Part shown: in pieces, positions 1 through 9,600 of the stretch | How the letters are laid out: every line of letters begins with the position of its first letter | Position numbering within the stretch: the first letter of the stretch is position 1 | Made by a program: the position numbers and the translations under genes | Notes under the pieces: generated by a model | Seen by the model: only the letters and a program-made list of their open reading frames with translations | Told to the model about the DNA's origin: nothing | The model's database searches: none | Assembly: GCA_023246445.1 (NCBI GenBank) | Contig: JAHFIJ010000001.1 | Location: 1 to 58,730 of the forward strand | Reading direction: 5' to 3' | From: Candidatus Woesearchaeota archaeon | GTDB taxonomy: Archaea > Nanobdellota > Nanobdellia > SCGC-AAA011-G17 > JACQNH01 | DNA length: 58,730 nt

Positions 1-37
1 ATTATATTTTTTGCGACTTGTTCGGTTAATGTTATTG

Positions 38-1402
38 TCATTTTACTATCCTCTTAAATTCATCTATATCTAAAAACTTTGGTCTAAATTTGCTATCAGT
101 AAAAATCTTTGTTTGAGTAAGATTTTCTTTTATCCTATCAACATATTTTTTTTCTTTTTCAGTTAAAAAGAAAAATCTATCCAGATTTAAGGCAGATTTG
201 CCAAATGTTCCACTACCTGCGAATGGATCAAAGACTAAATCTCCTTTAAAGGAATAGAATTTGATTACTTTATTGCAGAGTTCTAGTGGAAAAACAGCAC
301 TATGAGTTTTATCAAATGTAGGGTCTATCTTCCAAACATTTGATGATTCAAAATCTCCGTTAATTTTACTTTCTTCAACTATTTTTTTATCGTATTGTTT
401 AATGTTCCAGTCTATTAATTTATCTGTTTTTTTTCTATAAACCATTACGCACTCCGTGCATACATTGGGTTTATATCCTAACGGTTTTCGATGTTGTAAA
501 AAACCAGCATTTCTGTTTTTAGCACTCGCCTCTGGCTTTTCCCAAACAATATCATCAATAAATTCCCAACCCATTTTAATTAATAGTGGATGTATATCAT
601 AAGGAATAGGATATCTTTTACTTGAATATTGCCTACCTACTCGAGGAATAATAATTGGCGATGTATTCAACAAGAAAAAACGACCTTCTTTTGTAATTCT
701 ATAAACTTCTTTAAATACTTCTTCTAAAAATTCTAAATATTCCTTATAACTAGAATAAATAGAATAATCTCTAGCATTATAATATGGAGGAGATGTAAAA
801 GTTAAATGAACAGACTCATCTTTTACTGATTTTAATATATCTCTAACATCACCATAAACAAGAGTGTTTTTCATAAAATCAGGTGAAACTGTATGGTTTG
901 GATCAGAACCACTTGAAGAAGTATTAAAAAATTCTTTTTTTATAACATCTTGAATCATCTCATTAGGATGACTGTTTAATTTTTTAAGTTTTTCTTGAAC
1001 ATCTTTATCTTGCTTGAAAACCAGTAATCCTCGCATAGCTTGCATGACTACTTCAGGGTCAGAGTCATTTAAATACTTAAACAAGATTTGTTTATTAGAT
1101 ATATTTCTTAATCGCCCAATACCTGAAACAGCTTCACGTCTAACACTAGAGCTTTTGTCTTGTTCAACAACATTAATGAAAACGGTTGCTAGATTATCAT
1201 TTCCTATTTTTGCTAAGTTTTTTATTGCTAGACTTCTGACTTTATCATTATCATGTTTGAGAAGATTCATTAAAGGCTTAATATCATAATTTTGGTCAAG
1301 TCTGCCTAGCCTATCAAGTGATTTTACTAATGCACCAACATTATTCTGTCTGATAACATCTTGTATCCTTTCAGGCTCTTTTTTTAATAATTCTGTTTCC
1401 AT
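38..1402 (-). CDS. HEAT-repeat domain fused to beta-class DNA methyltransferase (probable N4-cytosine/N6-adenine MTase)
   Basis: 454-aa ORF. The N-terminal ~170 aa has HEAT/PBS-lyase-like repeats (DKVRSLAIKNLAKIG, SSVRREAVSGIGRL, DPEVVMQAMRGLL). Catalytic TFTSPPYYNARDY lies upstream of the AdoMet motif FDPFAGSGTFG. Confidence 0.75.
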   Translation of the reverse strand: METELLKKEPERIQDVIRQNNVGALVKSLDRLGRLDQNYDIKPLMNLLKHDNDKVRSLAIKNLAKIGNDNLATVFINVVEQDKSSSVRREAVSGIGRLRNISNKQILFKYLNDSDPEVVMQAMRGLLVFKQDKDVQEKLKKLNSHPNEMIQDVIKKEFFNTSSSGSDPNHTVSPDFMKNTLVYGDVRDILKSVKDESVHLTFTSPPYYNARDYSIYSSYKEYLEFLEEVFKEVYRITKEGRFFLLNTSPIIIPRVGRQYSSKRYPIPYDIHPLLIKMGWEFIDDIVWEKPEASAKNRNAGFLQHRKPLGYKPNVCTECVMVYRKKTDKLIDWNIKQYDKKIVEESKINGDFESSNVWKIDPTFDKTHSAVFPLELCNKVIKFYSFKGDLVFDPFAGSGTFGKSALNLDRFFFLTEKEKKYVDRIKENLTQTKIFTDSKFRPKFLDIDEFKRIVK

Positions 1403-1987
1403 ATTACCCCTATAGACTGGTAAGATATCTTATATTTATAATGTTTTCTTTGCGAACTACTCAGCCCTAAGGGGCTGAGCGTCTGATGAAAGACGCCCTT
1501 GAGTTTCTTGCTTCATTGATACATAACTCGTAGACCTAGTTTCTAGTTCTGCTGTCAGGGATATCTCCACAAGCTTAAATTCCGACAGTTCCTGTCGTAT
1601 TGTTTTTTATTATGTTTATTTATTATTTACTTACCAGCACTTTCAGCCTTGTAAGTAAATAAACCTATTTTAAGAAACACAACTAATATTTAATCTTTTC
1701 TTTACACTGTTTAGTAACCTCTTAGTCTTTACAATATTTTCGTAATATTTACAGAAAAGTCATAATATTTACGAATTTTTGTCAAAAATACGCAATTCAT
1801 CTCAGACCTAAAAATGCTATGCTAAATTGTCCAGTGTCCAGTGATAGTTATTCGTTACGGAATTCCCCTCGTTCGTTTCGTTCTTTAGAAAATTGCCCCT
1901 TTCGTTAGCCACTGAAATTATTGAAACTAACATCAGAATTTAACATCCTCATTTTAGAGCTGCGGTCAAAAACATTAATTTATTCTT

Positions 1988-3682
1988 TTATTGAATATTC
2001 TCAGTATAATTTTGAAGGATTTTGCTCATATAAGGCCCTTCTCTTTTATATCCTAATTTATTGCTATAATATTCTCTTACCCCTATTCCAGATATAACTA
2101 ATAACTTATTTTTATTATTTTTAAAAACAATTTTTTCAGCAATTTTCATTAATTTAATCCCTATCCCTCTATGCTGTAAATTTCCTTCACCTTTTTCTCC
2201 TAAACCCAAAGCAGAAGAATAAACATGCAACTCTCTTATTAAAGCAGTTTTATCATTAATCTCCTCTCTTAAAAATTCATAAGGAAATCTTAATCTACAG
2301 AACCCAATTATATTATCATTTATATTAGCAGAAATAAAAAACTCCTTTCCATTAGAAGCCTTATATCTTAAAATTTTAAATTTAATTTTGCTAAAGTCCA
2401 GGGTTTTGCCCATTGGTTCTCTGCATCTTATGCAATTACACTTATATCCTTTTAATTTCATTTTTTCTTTAATAATCTCTCTTAAATTAGCCTTAGTAAT
2501 CCCTTTAACATCCACAGTGCTCGGAATATCTCTATTAATTCTCTGAACTCTGCAATATTTAGGTATTATTCGCTTAAATTCTAAAATTATATCTGCAGCT
2601 CCCTCATCAGTTATAGGCTTAAACTTTCCTAACCTATATAATCCTTCTAAACCAGTTCCAGGAAATACTCTACAAGGATAAATCTTTAGCATATCAGGTC
2701 TATATGCCTCATTTTTGAATATTTCTTTCATTCCTTCCAAGTCTTTTTCTTTATCAATTAAACCAGGCATCAAATGTATGCTAACTTTAAAACCCAAATC
2801 TTTTAATTCCTGCAAGCTTTTTCTGGTATCTAAATCTGTATGTCCTCTATTAAAAAACTTTAAAACTTCATCATAAACACTTTGAACACCAACCTCAACT
2901 CTTGTAACCCCTAATTCAAGCATTTCATTCCCATGTTCCTTAAAGCCATAATCTGGTTTGGTTTCAACGCATAAAGCAACGCATCTTATATTAGAACTTT
3001 CATTTCTTTCCTGCTCTTTAAGTAAACTGCTTTGAGATTTTAATTTTAATAATTTACTATTTATTTTTCTTGTCCTTTCTTTGCTAAAAAATTCAGGTGA
3101 ACCAAAAAATTTATTAAACTTCTTTTTATTAAATTTTTTATCAATAAAAAACATATCAGAAAAATCATTTAAAGATTTTAAGGCATAAGTAATAAATTCT
3201 TTTTGATATTCTTTATCCATTGAACAAAAAGTCCCACCCATTATTATTAACTCAATCTTCTGAAAATTATGATTAATGGCAGCATAATGCTCTAATCTAT
3301 TAAAAATTTGCAAATAAGCATCATAATTATTTCTTATTGCTCTTATAGAAGCAGGTTCATTCCCGGTGTAAGATTGAGGTGTATCCCCAAAATAACTATT
3401 TAAGCCTCCAGGGCAAAACAAGCAGGTTCCATGTGGACATTTATACGGCTTAGTCATAATAGCCACAGGTGCAACACCCGACAAGGTTCTTATAGGTTTA
3501 ATTTTTAATTTTGTATTTAACTTCAAAAAAACTTCAGCAAGTTTAGGAATTTTTTTAGGCTTTAGTTTCCTGCTTAACTCATCTTTAATTTTTATTATCT
3601 CTTCTACACTTTTACTATTCCCTTTCTTAATCTCTTCTATTAATCTTTTAGTAAAACCTTCCATATGAATATAACATAACAA
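1988..3682 (-). CDS. elp3: Elp3-family radical SAM/GNAT tRNA modification enzyme
   Basis: 564 aa. Cys cluster CPHGTCLFCPGG in the radical SAM part; C-terminal GNAT motif QHRGIGIKLM. The true start may be the Met 6 codons downstream. Confidence 0.9.
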   Translation of the reverse strand: MLCYIHMEGFTKRLIEEIKKGNSKSVEEIIKIKDELSRKLKPKKIPKLAEVFLKLNTKLKIKPIRTLSGVAPVAIMTKPYKCPHGTCLFCPGGLNSYFGDTPQSYTGNEPASIRAIRNNYDAYLQIFNRLEHYAAINHNFQKIELIIMGGTFCSMDKEYQKEFITYALKSLNDFSDMFFIDKKFNKKKFNKFFGSPEFFSKERTRKINSKLLKLKSQSSLLKEQERNESSNIRCVALCVETKPDYGFKEHGNEMLELGVTRVEVGVQSVYDEVLKFFNRGHTDLDTRKSLQELKDLGFKVSIHLMPGLIDKEKDLEGMKEIFKNEAYRPDMLKIYPCRVFPGTGLEGLYRLGKFKPITDEGAADIILEFKRIIPKYCRVQRINRDIPSTVDVKGITKANLREIIKEKMKLKGYKCNCIRCREPMGKTLDFSKIKFKILRYKASNGKEFFISANINDNIIGFCRLRFPYEFLREEINDKTALIRELHVYSSALGLGEKGEGNLQHRGIGIKLMKIAEKIVFKNNKNKLLVISGIGVREYYSNKLGYKREGPYMSKILQNYTENIQ

Positions 3683-3700
3683 AAAGACTTTAAAGCATTT

Positions 3701-4510
3701 CTATTTCCTAAATAAGTCTCTTCTAATCTCATATGCCTTTTCAGCATCTTTCAGGATTTTTGTATCAATTTCTTGTATAAACATCTCTTCTTTATTATGG
3801 TTTAATCTTTTTATTACTCCCTTAAATGGCTCAGTTATCTGCGAACAGCCTACAGAATTATTTCTTCCATCAAGAGACTTGCCGGCTGTATTGCAGAACA
3901 CTAAAATTATTTCTTCTTCAAATGCCCTTTCAACACATAAAGAATTAACAGCCTTAACCTCTGAATTTTTATCATATTTTAAGCCCTCTCCTGCATCCTG
4001 ATAGCTCCAATTCGCAGGGCACAATATTAACTCCACGCCTTTCTTTTTCAATGCTCTAAAAATCTCCGGAAATATTAAATCCCAGCAGATAATTAAGCCT
4101 ATTCTTCCATGTTTCGTATTTATTATTGTTATATGCCTTCCTCTTTTTATCAGCCTTTTTTCAGTTGACCATAAATGTTCTTTCCTGTATTTTCCCCTCA
4201 CCTTTCCATTTGCATCAAAATAATAAGTGGTATTATATTTTTTCCCATTATATAATTCAATTATTGAACCAGCAAGAATCGAAATAGAATACTTTTTAGA
4301 CAATTCCTTTATCTTACTTAAGCAGTTTTTATCCGAAATAATAAACTTTTTTTCGAGAGAGCAGTTTCTTGACAAAAAAACCTCGGGGAATACAATCAAA
4401 TCTGCTCTTGATTTTGATGCTGTCTTAATAAATTTTTCTGCATACTCAAGATTATTTTCAGGCAATAATTCTCTAGTCTTAAACTGGACTACTGCAATAC
4501 GAATTTTCAT
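3701..4510 (-). CDS. carbon-nitrogen hydrolase (nitrilase superfamily)
   Basis: 269 aa with a Glu-Lys-Cys triad context: VFPEVF, YRKEHLW, LIICWDL. Confidence 0.8.
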   Translation of the reverse strand: MKIRIAVVQFKTRELLPENNLEYAEKFIKTASKSRADLIVFPEVFLSRNCSLEKKFIISDKNCLSKIKELSKKYSISILAGSIIELYNGKKYNTTYYFDANGKVRGKYRKEHLWSTEKRLIKRGRHITIINTKHGRIGLIICWDLIFPEIFRALKKKGVELILCPANWSYQDAGEGLKYDKNSEVKAVNSLCVERAFEEEIILVFCNTAGKSLDGRNNSVGCSQITEPFKGVIKRLNHNKEEMFIQEIDTKILKDAEKAYEIRRDLFRK

Positions 4511-4551
4511 TATATTAAGCAGGAATTTCCATTATTAAATGTTTTCAAATT

Positions 4552-5250
4552 TCAACAAGGCTCGCTTAAGACTTCAAAACTACAGCCTAATTGTTTATCA
4601 GCCTCTTCTTCTATACTAAATCCAACAATCACACCTATATCATCAAATTCTCTTTTAAGTTTTTCCTCTTCAGAATTTGTAAGCCTCATTCCACAAAATT
4701 CTTCTTCAGGATTTCTCAGTCTATTTTTAGTGCTGCTATGAGAATCCAGATTTACAGCTCTTATCTTATAGCCTATAATATCGTTGCCGCTTAACAGATT
4801 AAACTTTATCTTCCAATCACCATAACTTTCTCCATAATTATTTAAATTTACGCCGCAGGTTACTAATTTCTTTGCACATACAGTCTTTTTCTTAACACAT
4901 AATCCTAGTAAATATTTTAAACATCCATCTTTAGTTTCAACACAATCAGTCTTAACACTCAAATCTGTTATTGTATACTCTTTATTTTCACATTTATTAA
5001 TTTCAGAATCCAAACAATCAGGATAAATTTCTAAAGAATTATCAATAGCCGCATAACCTGTTGGCATCACCATAGCATAAATCACAACACCCCACATCAA
5101 TACAGCAATAATTATCAATATTACAGCAACGCTAATGACTAATTTAGGAACCCTATTGCTTTTAATTTTTTTCTTGATAATCTTTTTACCACAAAATTTG
5201 CAAAACTTAGAACCGGATTCAATATTCCCCCCACATTTAGAACATTTCAT
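4552..5250 (-). CDS. zinc-ribbon membrane-anchored protein, function unknown
   Basis: N-terminal CxxC...CxxC (MKCSKCGG...CKFCGKK), one TM helix, then a Cys-containing extracytoplasmic domain. Confidence 0.5.
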   Translation of the reverse strand: MKCSKCGGNIESGSKFCKFCGKKIIKKKIKSNRVPKLVISVAVILIIIAVLMWGVVIYAMVMPTGYAAIDNSLEIYPDCLDSEINKCENKEYTITDLSVKTDCVETKDGCLKYLLGLCVKKKTVCAKKLVTCGVNLNNYGESYGDWKIKFNLLSGNDIIGYKIRAVNLDSHSSTKNRLRNPEEEFCGMRLTNSEEEKLKREFDDIGVIVGFSIEEEADKQLGCSFEVLSEPC

Positions 5251-5311
5251 TTAATCACTTCTTTTAAAAATACTATAAAACCTGCTTATTTAAAGATTTT
5301 GATAGAAGTTT

Positions 5312-6415
5312 TTATTCTTTGTAAATGAATTTATCAGTCTGTTTTCTAGCTAATTCTCTCTTTCTCTGGTGTTCTTTTAAAAACTTATTAATCTTTTCTA
5401 TTGTTATTTCCTTTAATTCACTGGTTAACATCTTCCCAGATTTATAATCATTGTATATATTGCTTAATTTCTTGTCATCAGGTTCAAATAGATACTTTAA
5501 ATGCAAAAAAGAAACATCTATATCAGGATTTCCCCCCTTCTTTCTATGTTCTTCTAAGGTTTCTTTACCACCTGAAAAAGCATACTTTTTAATTTTTCTT
5601 TCAACATCCTCAGGAGTATCTGTAAGCCATATTGTATTATTCAAAGAAGAAGACATCTTTGGATCACCACTCAAACCTGGAAAAAACTTTGCATGTATAG
5701 CCCCAGGCTTTATAAAATTAAATTTATCAGCAACATCTCTTAATATTCTCATATATGGATCTTGATCAATTGCAATAGGCACAATTGTTCTGTGCGCTCC
5801 TCCCTCAAATTGTGGCAAATATATATGAGCTGACTGCATTGCAGGATAAAATACCCATCCAATATTATTATCATTATTAAAGCCGAAAACTGCCTTTGCT
5901 GTGGAAAACGTTATCTTCTTAGCAATTTGTGCTGCATATTTGTAAATTTTTGTATATTGAAAATCTCTATGAATAAAAGTTTTACTCTGTTTAAAACCAA
6001 GAGCAATTAAATCCAGAATATTGTCCTCAGCATATTTTTCTACATTTTCAAAGCTTAAATCCTTTTTAACATAAAATTTTTCATCATCAGAAATAGGGAT
6101 ATATAATGGGCAGTTAAACTCTTCCTGTAAATATTTTGCTGCTAAATACGGAACTAAATGACCAATATGCATTCTTTCAGATGGCCCTCTTCCAGAAACA
6201 ATTGATACCTTCTTGCCGCTTAAAGCATCTTCCAGCCATAAATCAAAATCTCTATGCGTAAAATACAATCCTCTTTTTATCACAGGTGGAGCATTTTTTA
6301 ATTTAGATAATATCTTAGAATTAATAACAGAGACGCCAAATTCCTTAATTATCTTATTATAGTCAATATCGCCAGAAACTTCCCATGGGGTTAACTTAAA
6401 CTCCTCTTTTGTCAT
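5312..6415 (-). CDS. trpS: tryptophanyl-tRNA synthetase (archaeal/eukaryotic type)
   Basis: 367 aa. Class I signatures: HIGH-like MHIGHLV and KMSKS-like KMSSS. Confidence 0.9.
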   Translation of the reverse strand: MTKEEFKLTPWEVSGDIDYNKIIKEFGVSVINSKILSKLKNAPPVIKRGLYFTHRDFDLWLEDALSGKKVSIVSGRGPSERMHIGHLVPYLAAKYLQEEFNCPLYIPISDDEKFYVKKDLSFENVEKYAEDNILDLIALGFKQSKTFIHRDFQYTKIYKYAAQIAKKITFSTAKAVFGFNNDNNIGWVFYPAMQSAHIYLPQFEGGAHRTIVPIAIDQDPYMRILRDVADKFNFIKPGAIHAKFFPGLSGDPKMSSSLNNTIWLTDTPEDVERKIKKYAFSGGKETLEEHRKKGGNPDIDVSFLHLKYLFEPDDKKLSNIYNDYKSGKMLTSELKEITIEKINKFLKEHQRKRELARKQTDKFIYKE

Positions 6416-6519
6416 GCAATTAACTCTTATTCTTTATTATTTAAAGATTTCCTGTAAAGAGATTTATTTAAAAAACCAAAAAAAGCAAGTTTTATAAACA
6501 CCTCTAAAACATTAAGATT

Positions 6520-6638
6520 GAGGACGACCATAGGAGCTTGGCCCTACCTGATCCCATTTCGAACTCAGAAGTAAAACAGGCTTCCGTTCCAAGTGTGTAT
6601 TGCTCTTTTGAGTGAGAAGCTTGGGAAGTTGTCCCACC
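6520..6638 (+). rRNA. 5S ribosomal RNA, stand-alone
   Basis: GC-rich island with a 5S core (GCCCUACCUGAUCCCAUUUCGAACUCAGAAGUAAAAC). The terminal helix pairs GGACGAC with GUUGUCC. TATA TTTATAAA lies at 6491-6498 and a T-run follows directly. Ends are good to about 3 nt. Confidence 0.85.
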
Positions 6639-6683
6639 TTTTTAATATTTCTTTGAGTTTATTTCCTAAAATCATTTCAATAA

Positions 6684-9600
6684 TTATTTTAAACATTTAC
6701 CATTACTACATTTTTTCTTATTAGGACAGATTACTGTTTTTGTAGCTCTTGTTTTATCTGGTTTACATAGCTGCTCAGTAATCTTAGTCGAGCTCGCACA
6801 TACATCTTTATAATCCACACCATTAAATGTAACTACACCATATGAAAAGATATTATCCCCATCAATGTCTGAACAAGTTCTAGGCTTGCAAGCACCTTTA
6901 TCGCAGCCATTTTCGCATCCTATAGAATAAGTACCTCTCGTATTATCTGCTTTACATTTTTGCTCAAGAACTGATTTCTTATCTGAAGAACAAACATCAT
7001 AATAAGAAACACCATTGAATATAACCTTTTGCTTAACATCAGGTTCATTACCCTCATCAGTGCAAACATTCACAGTTTTACAAGCTCCATCTTCACAACC
7101 ATCAGGACAATCAATAGTATTAAATACAAATTTATTCTGATTACAAGTCCACTCAATTACCTGATTATCTTTACAGAAATCTGTTTTCGAAAATCTCTCC
7201 TCTTTTCCACTAAGGGTTATTGCCATCGCTTTAACCTTCCCTTTAGTAAACCCATTATCTCCATCAGAATCAATACATTCCATTAAAGAACCATCACCAT
7301 TGCATTTTCCTATAGCCACTCCATTTTCACTTAAAGCACAGCCATACTCACATTGATAATTTTCAGATTTAGCCTCTCCATTTTCACAATAATTCTCTTC
7401 TATTATTGTATAAATATTATCCTTAGCAAGACACAGATCATCTATTTTATTATCCCCTGTAATTACTCTTCCTGATTCATAATAATTTTTTCCATTATCT
7501 GAATCACTACAAGGCGGTTGAACATCCAAAACAACATCATCATTATCATCATACCAGCCATTCCCGCATTTATCAGCAGAATCACCAACGAATTCAAACA
7601 CACCCCTGATTACATGATACCCATCAGTGTTATCTAAATTGAAATTAAATTCAAAATCCTCAAGACCACTACCCTTACAAAGAACCGCTTTAATGGTTGA
7701 AAAATCTCTTTTTTCAGTTCTATAGACCAGATTAAAATTATCATAAGGCCCCCAACAAAAGACCTTCACATTTACCTTGACCGCATCGCCCGGTCTAAAT
7801 CTTCCCCCATTTAAATTTTCAACACTAATGCTCTCAATAGATTCATCTGACATATAATAACCCGCACCACCATCTTTACAAAAGAAAGGTTGTATTGTGT
7901 TTGGTTGATTTGGTTCATTCCCTCCTTCAATATTGTCTCTTCCCCCAATCAAAGACTCATCAGCTACGCAGGGAGATTCACTGCATATTTTTGCGACATT
8001 TAAAATACCAATCCCAGAATCAATTATTACATTTCTATCTTCAGTAGTCTCTCCATCAGTATTGAACACTTTTAATCTTAAAACATTTATATCACCTTTT
8101 TTTAATTTTAATTTTTCTGCAAAAAATAAAACACCATTTTCAACAGCCTTATCACTCCTTGTTAGCTCTCCCCATTCAATTGGATTTTCACCTAAACCAA
8201 GCTCTAATTTATAAGAACTGAATTTTCTACCGCTAGCAGTTCCTTTTATTTCAAGATTATTACCATCAACAACCCCATTTGTATCAATCTTGGCGATCGC
8301 AGGTTGTCCTCTAAAAGAAACAACATCCAAGGCATTAATCCTTCCAGCTCCTTGTGTATTAACGTCTTTGCCTAAATCAACAGTCTTGCTTTTCAATACT
8401 AATTTAACTTGCAAAGGTGTTAAATCTGGATTCTTTTGTAACAATAAAGCAGCTAATCCACTAACATGAGGTGTTGCCATTGAAGTTCCGGAAATTGCTA
8501 TATGATTCTCAATTTCAGGGTTACATTCCCTCAAACCTTCCAACCAGTAATAATATTGAGCAGCACAAATATCAACACCTGGCGCTGTTACATCTGGTTT
8601 CATCAAATATCTAGTTTGCCCATATTCATCATTCCAAATAATAGGTCCTCTTGAACTAAAAGGTGCAACATTATCAGATTTATCACTAGCCGCCACAGTT
8701 ATAGCCTTTCTAGCAGTTCCAGGAGTTCCAATTGTTCCAATTCCCCAGTATCCAGAATTACCAGCAGCGATTATTGCAACAACACCATTATCAACAACAG
8801 TGTCTATTGTTTTGGACATAGGATCATCCGGACCACAAAATAAACCATATCTCCCACAACCGGCCCCTAAACTTAAACTTATAATATCCAGATGGTCAGA
8901 AAAATCTCCATCTTGATTTGGATCCATACTTCTTTCAATTCCTGCCATTACACCAGCAAAGCTCCCGCTACCAAAACTATTCAATACTTTATAAGCATAA
9001 ATCTTAGCATCTGGAGCAATACCATTTAATTTTCCTTTTCCAGCAGCAGTAGCTGCCACATGAGTCCCATGCCCATGATCATCCATCGCATCAGTATCAT
9101 CATTCACAAAATCATAACCACCAATTACCTTATCGCAAGGTCCTGATTCTGGTTGTTGTGGAATACTTGGGCGGTTAACTTCAAGAACAACATCATCATT
9201 ATCATCATAAGGTCCAATTCCACAGGGGCTTAAACCTCCCCCATATACAAAAGAAGCTCTTATCACATGATAACCATCAACATTATCAAGAGTTACATTA
9301 AAATTAAACTCCTCAAATTGCTGTTCACCATTACAATTAACAGATTCCAAAACCTTAATTTTGTCTTCATTTTGATAAACTAAATTCAACTTGTCATAAG
9401 GTCCCCAACAATAGACCTTCACATTTACCTTGACAGCATCGCCCTGTCCAAATCTTCCCCCATTTAAATTTTCAACACTAATGCTTTCTATAGATTCGTC
9501 TTGCTTATATACCCCAGCAATGCCATCTTTACACCTGATGTCTATAGTATTTGGTTGATTTGGTTCATTCCCCCAATCAATATTGTCTCTTCCCCCAATC

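Noticed and set aside
1475-1497. CUGA-GCGU-CUGAUGA-AAGAC looked like hammerhead core boxes (CUGAUGA...GAAA) or a C/D-box sRNA D'/C' pair.
   Set aside because: There is no stem II between CUGAUGA and GAAA, so it is not a hammerhead. No C box or D box lies at the expected ~12-nt guide distance on either side. I kept it only as part of the generic structured-RNA candidate.
1829-1920. A tandem GTCCAGT GTCCAGT, CCACTGAAA and C-runs resemble archaeal ORB origin elements (TCCAGTGGAAAC plus a G-string), raising the idea of a replication origin in the 585-bp gap.
   Set aside because: The matches are partial (7-8 of 9-11 nt). There are no inverted ORB pairs around an AT-rich unwinding element that I can define, and no orc1/cdc6 gene is adjacent. 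The idea is unsupported without GC-skew or marker-frequency data.
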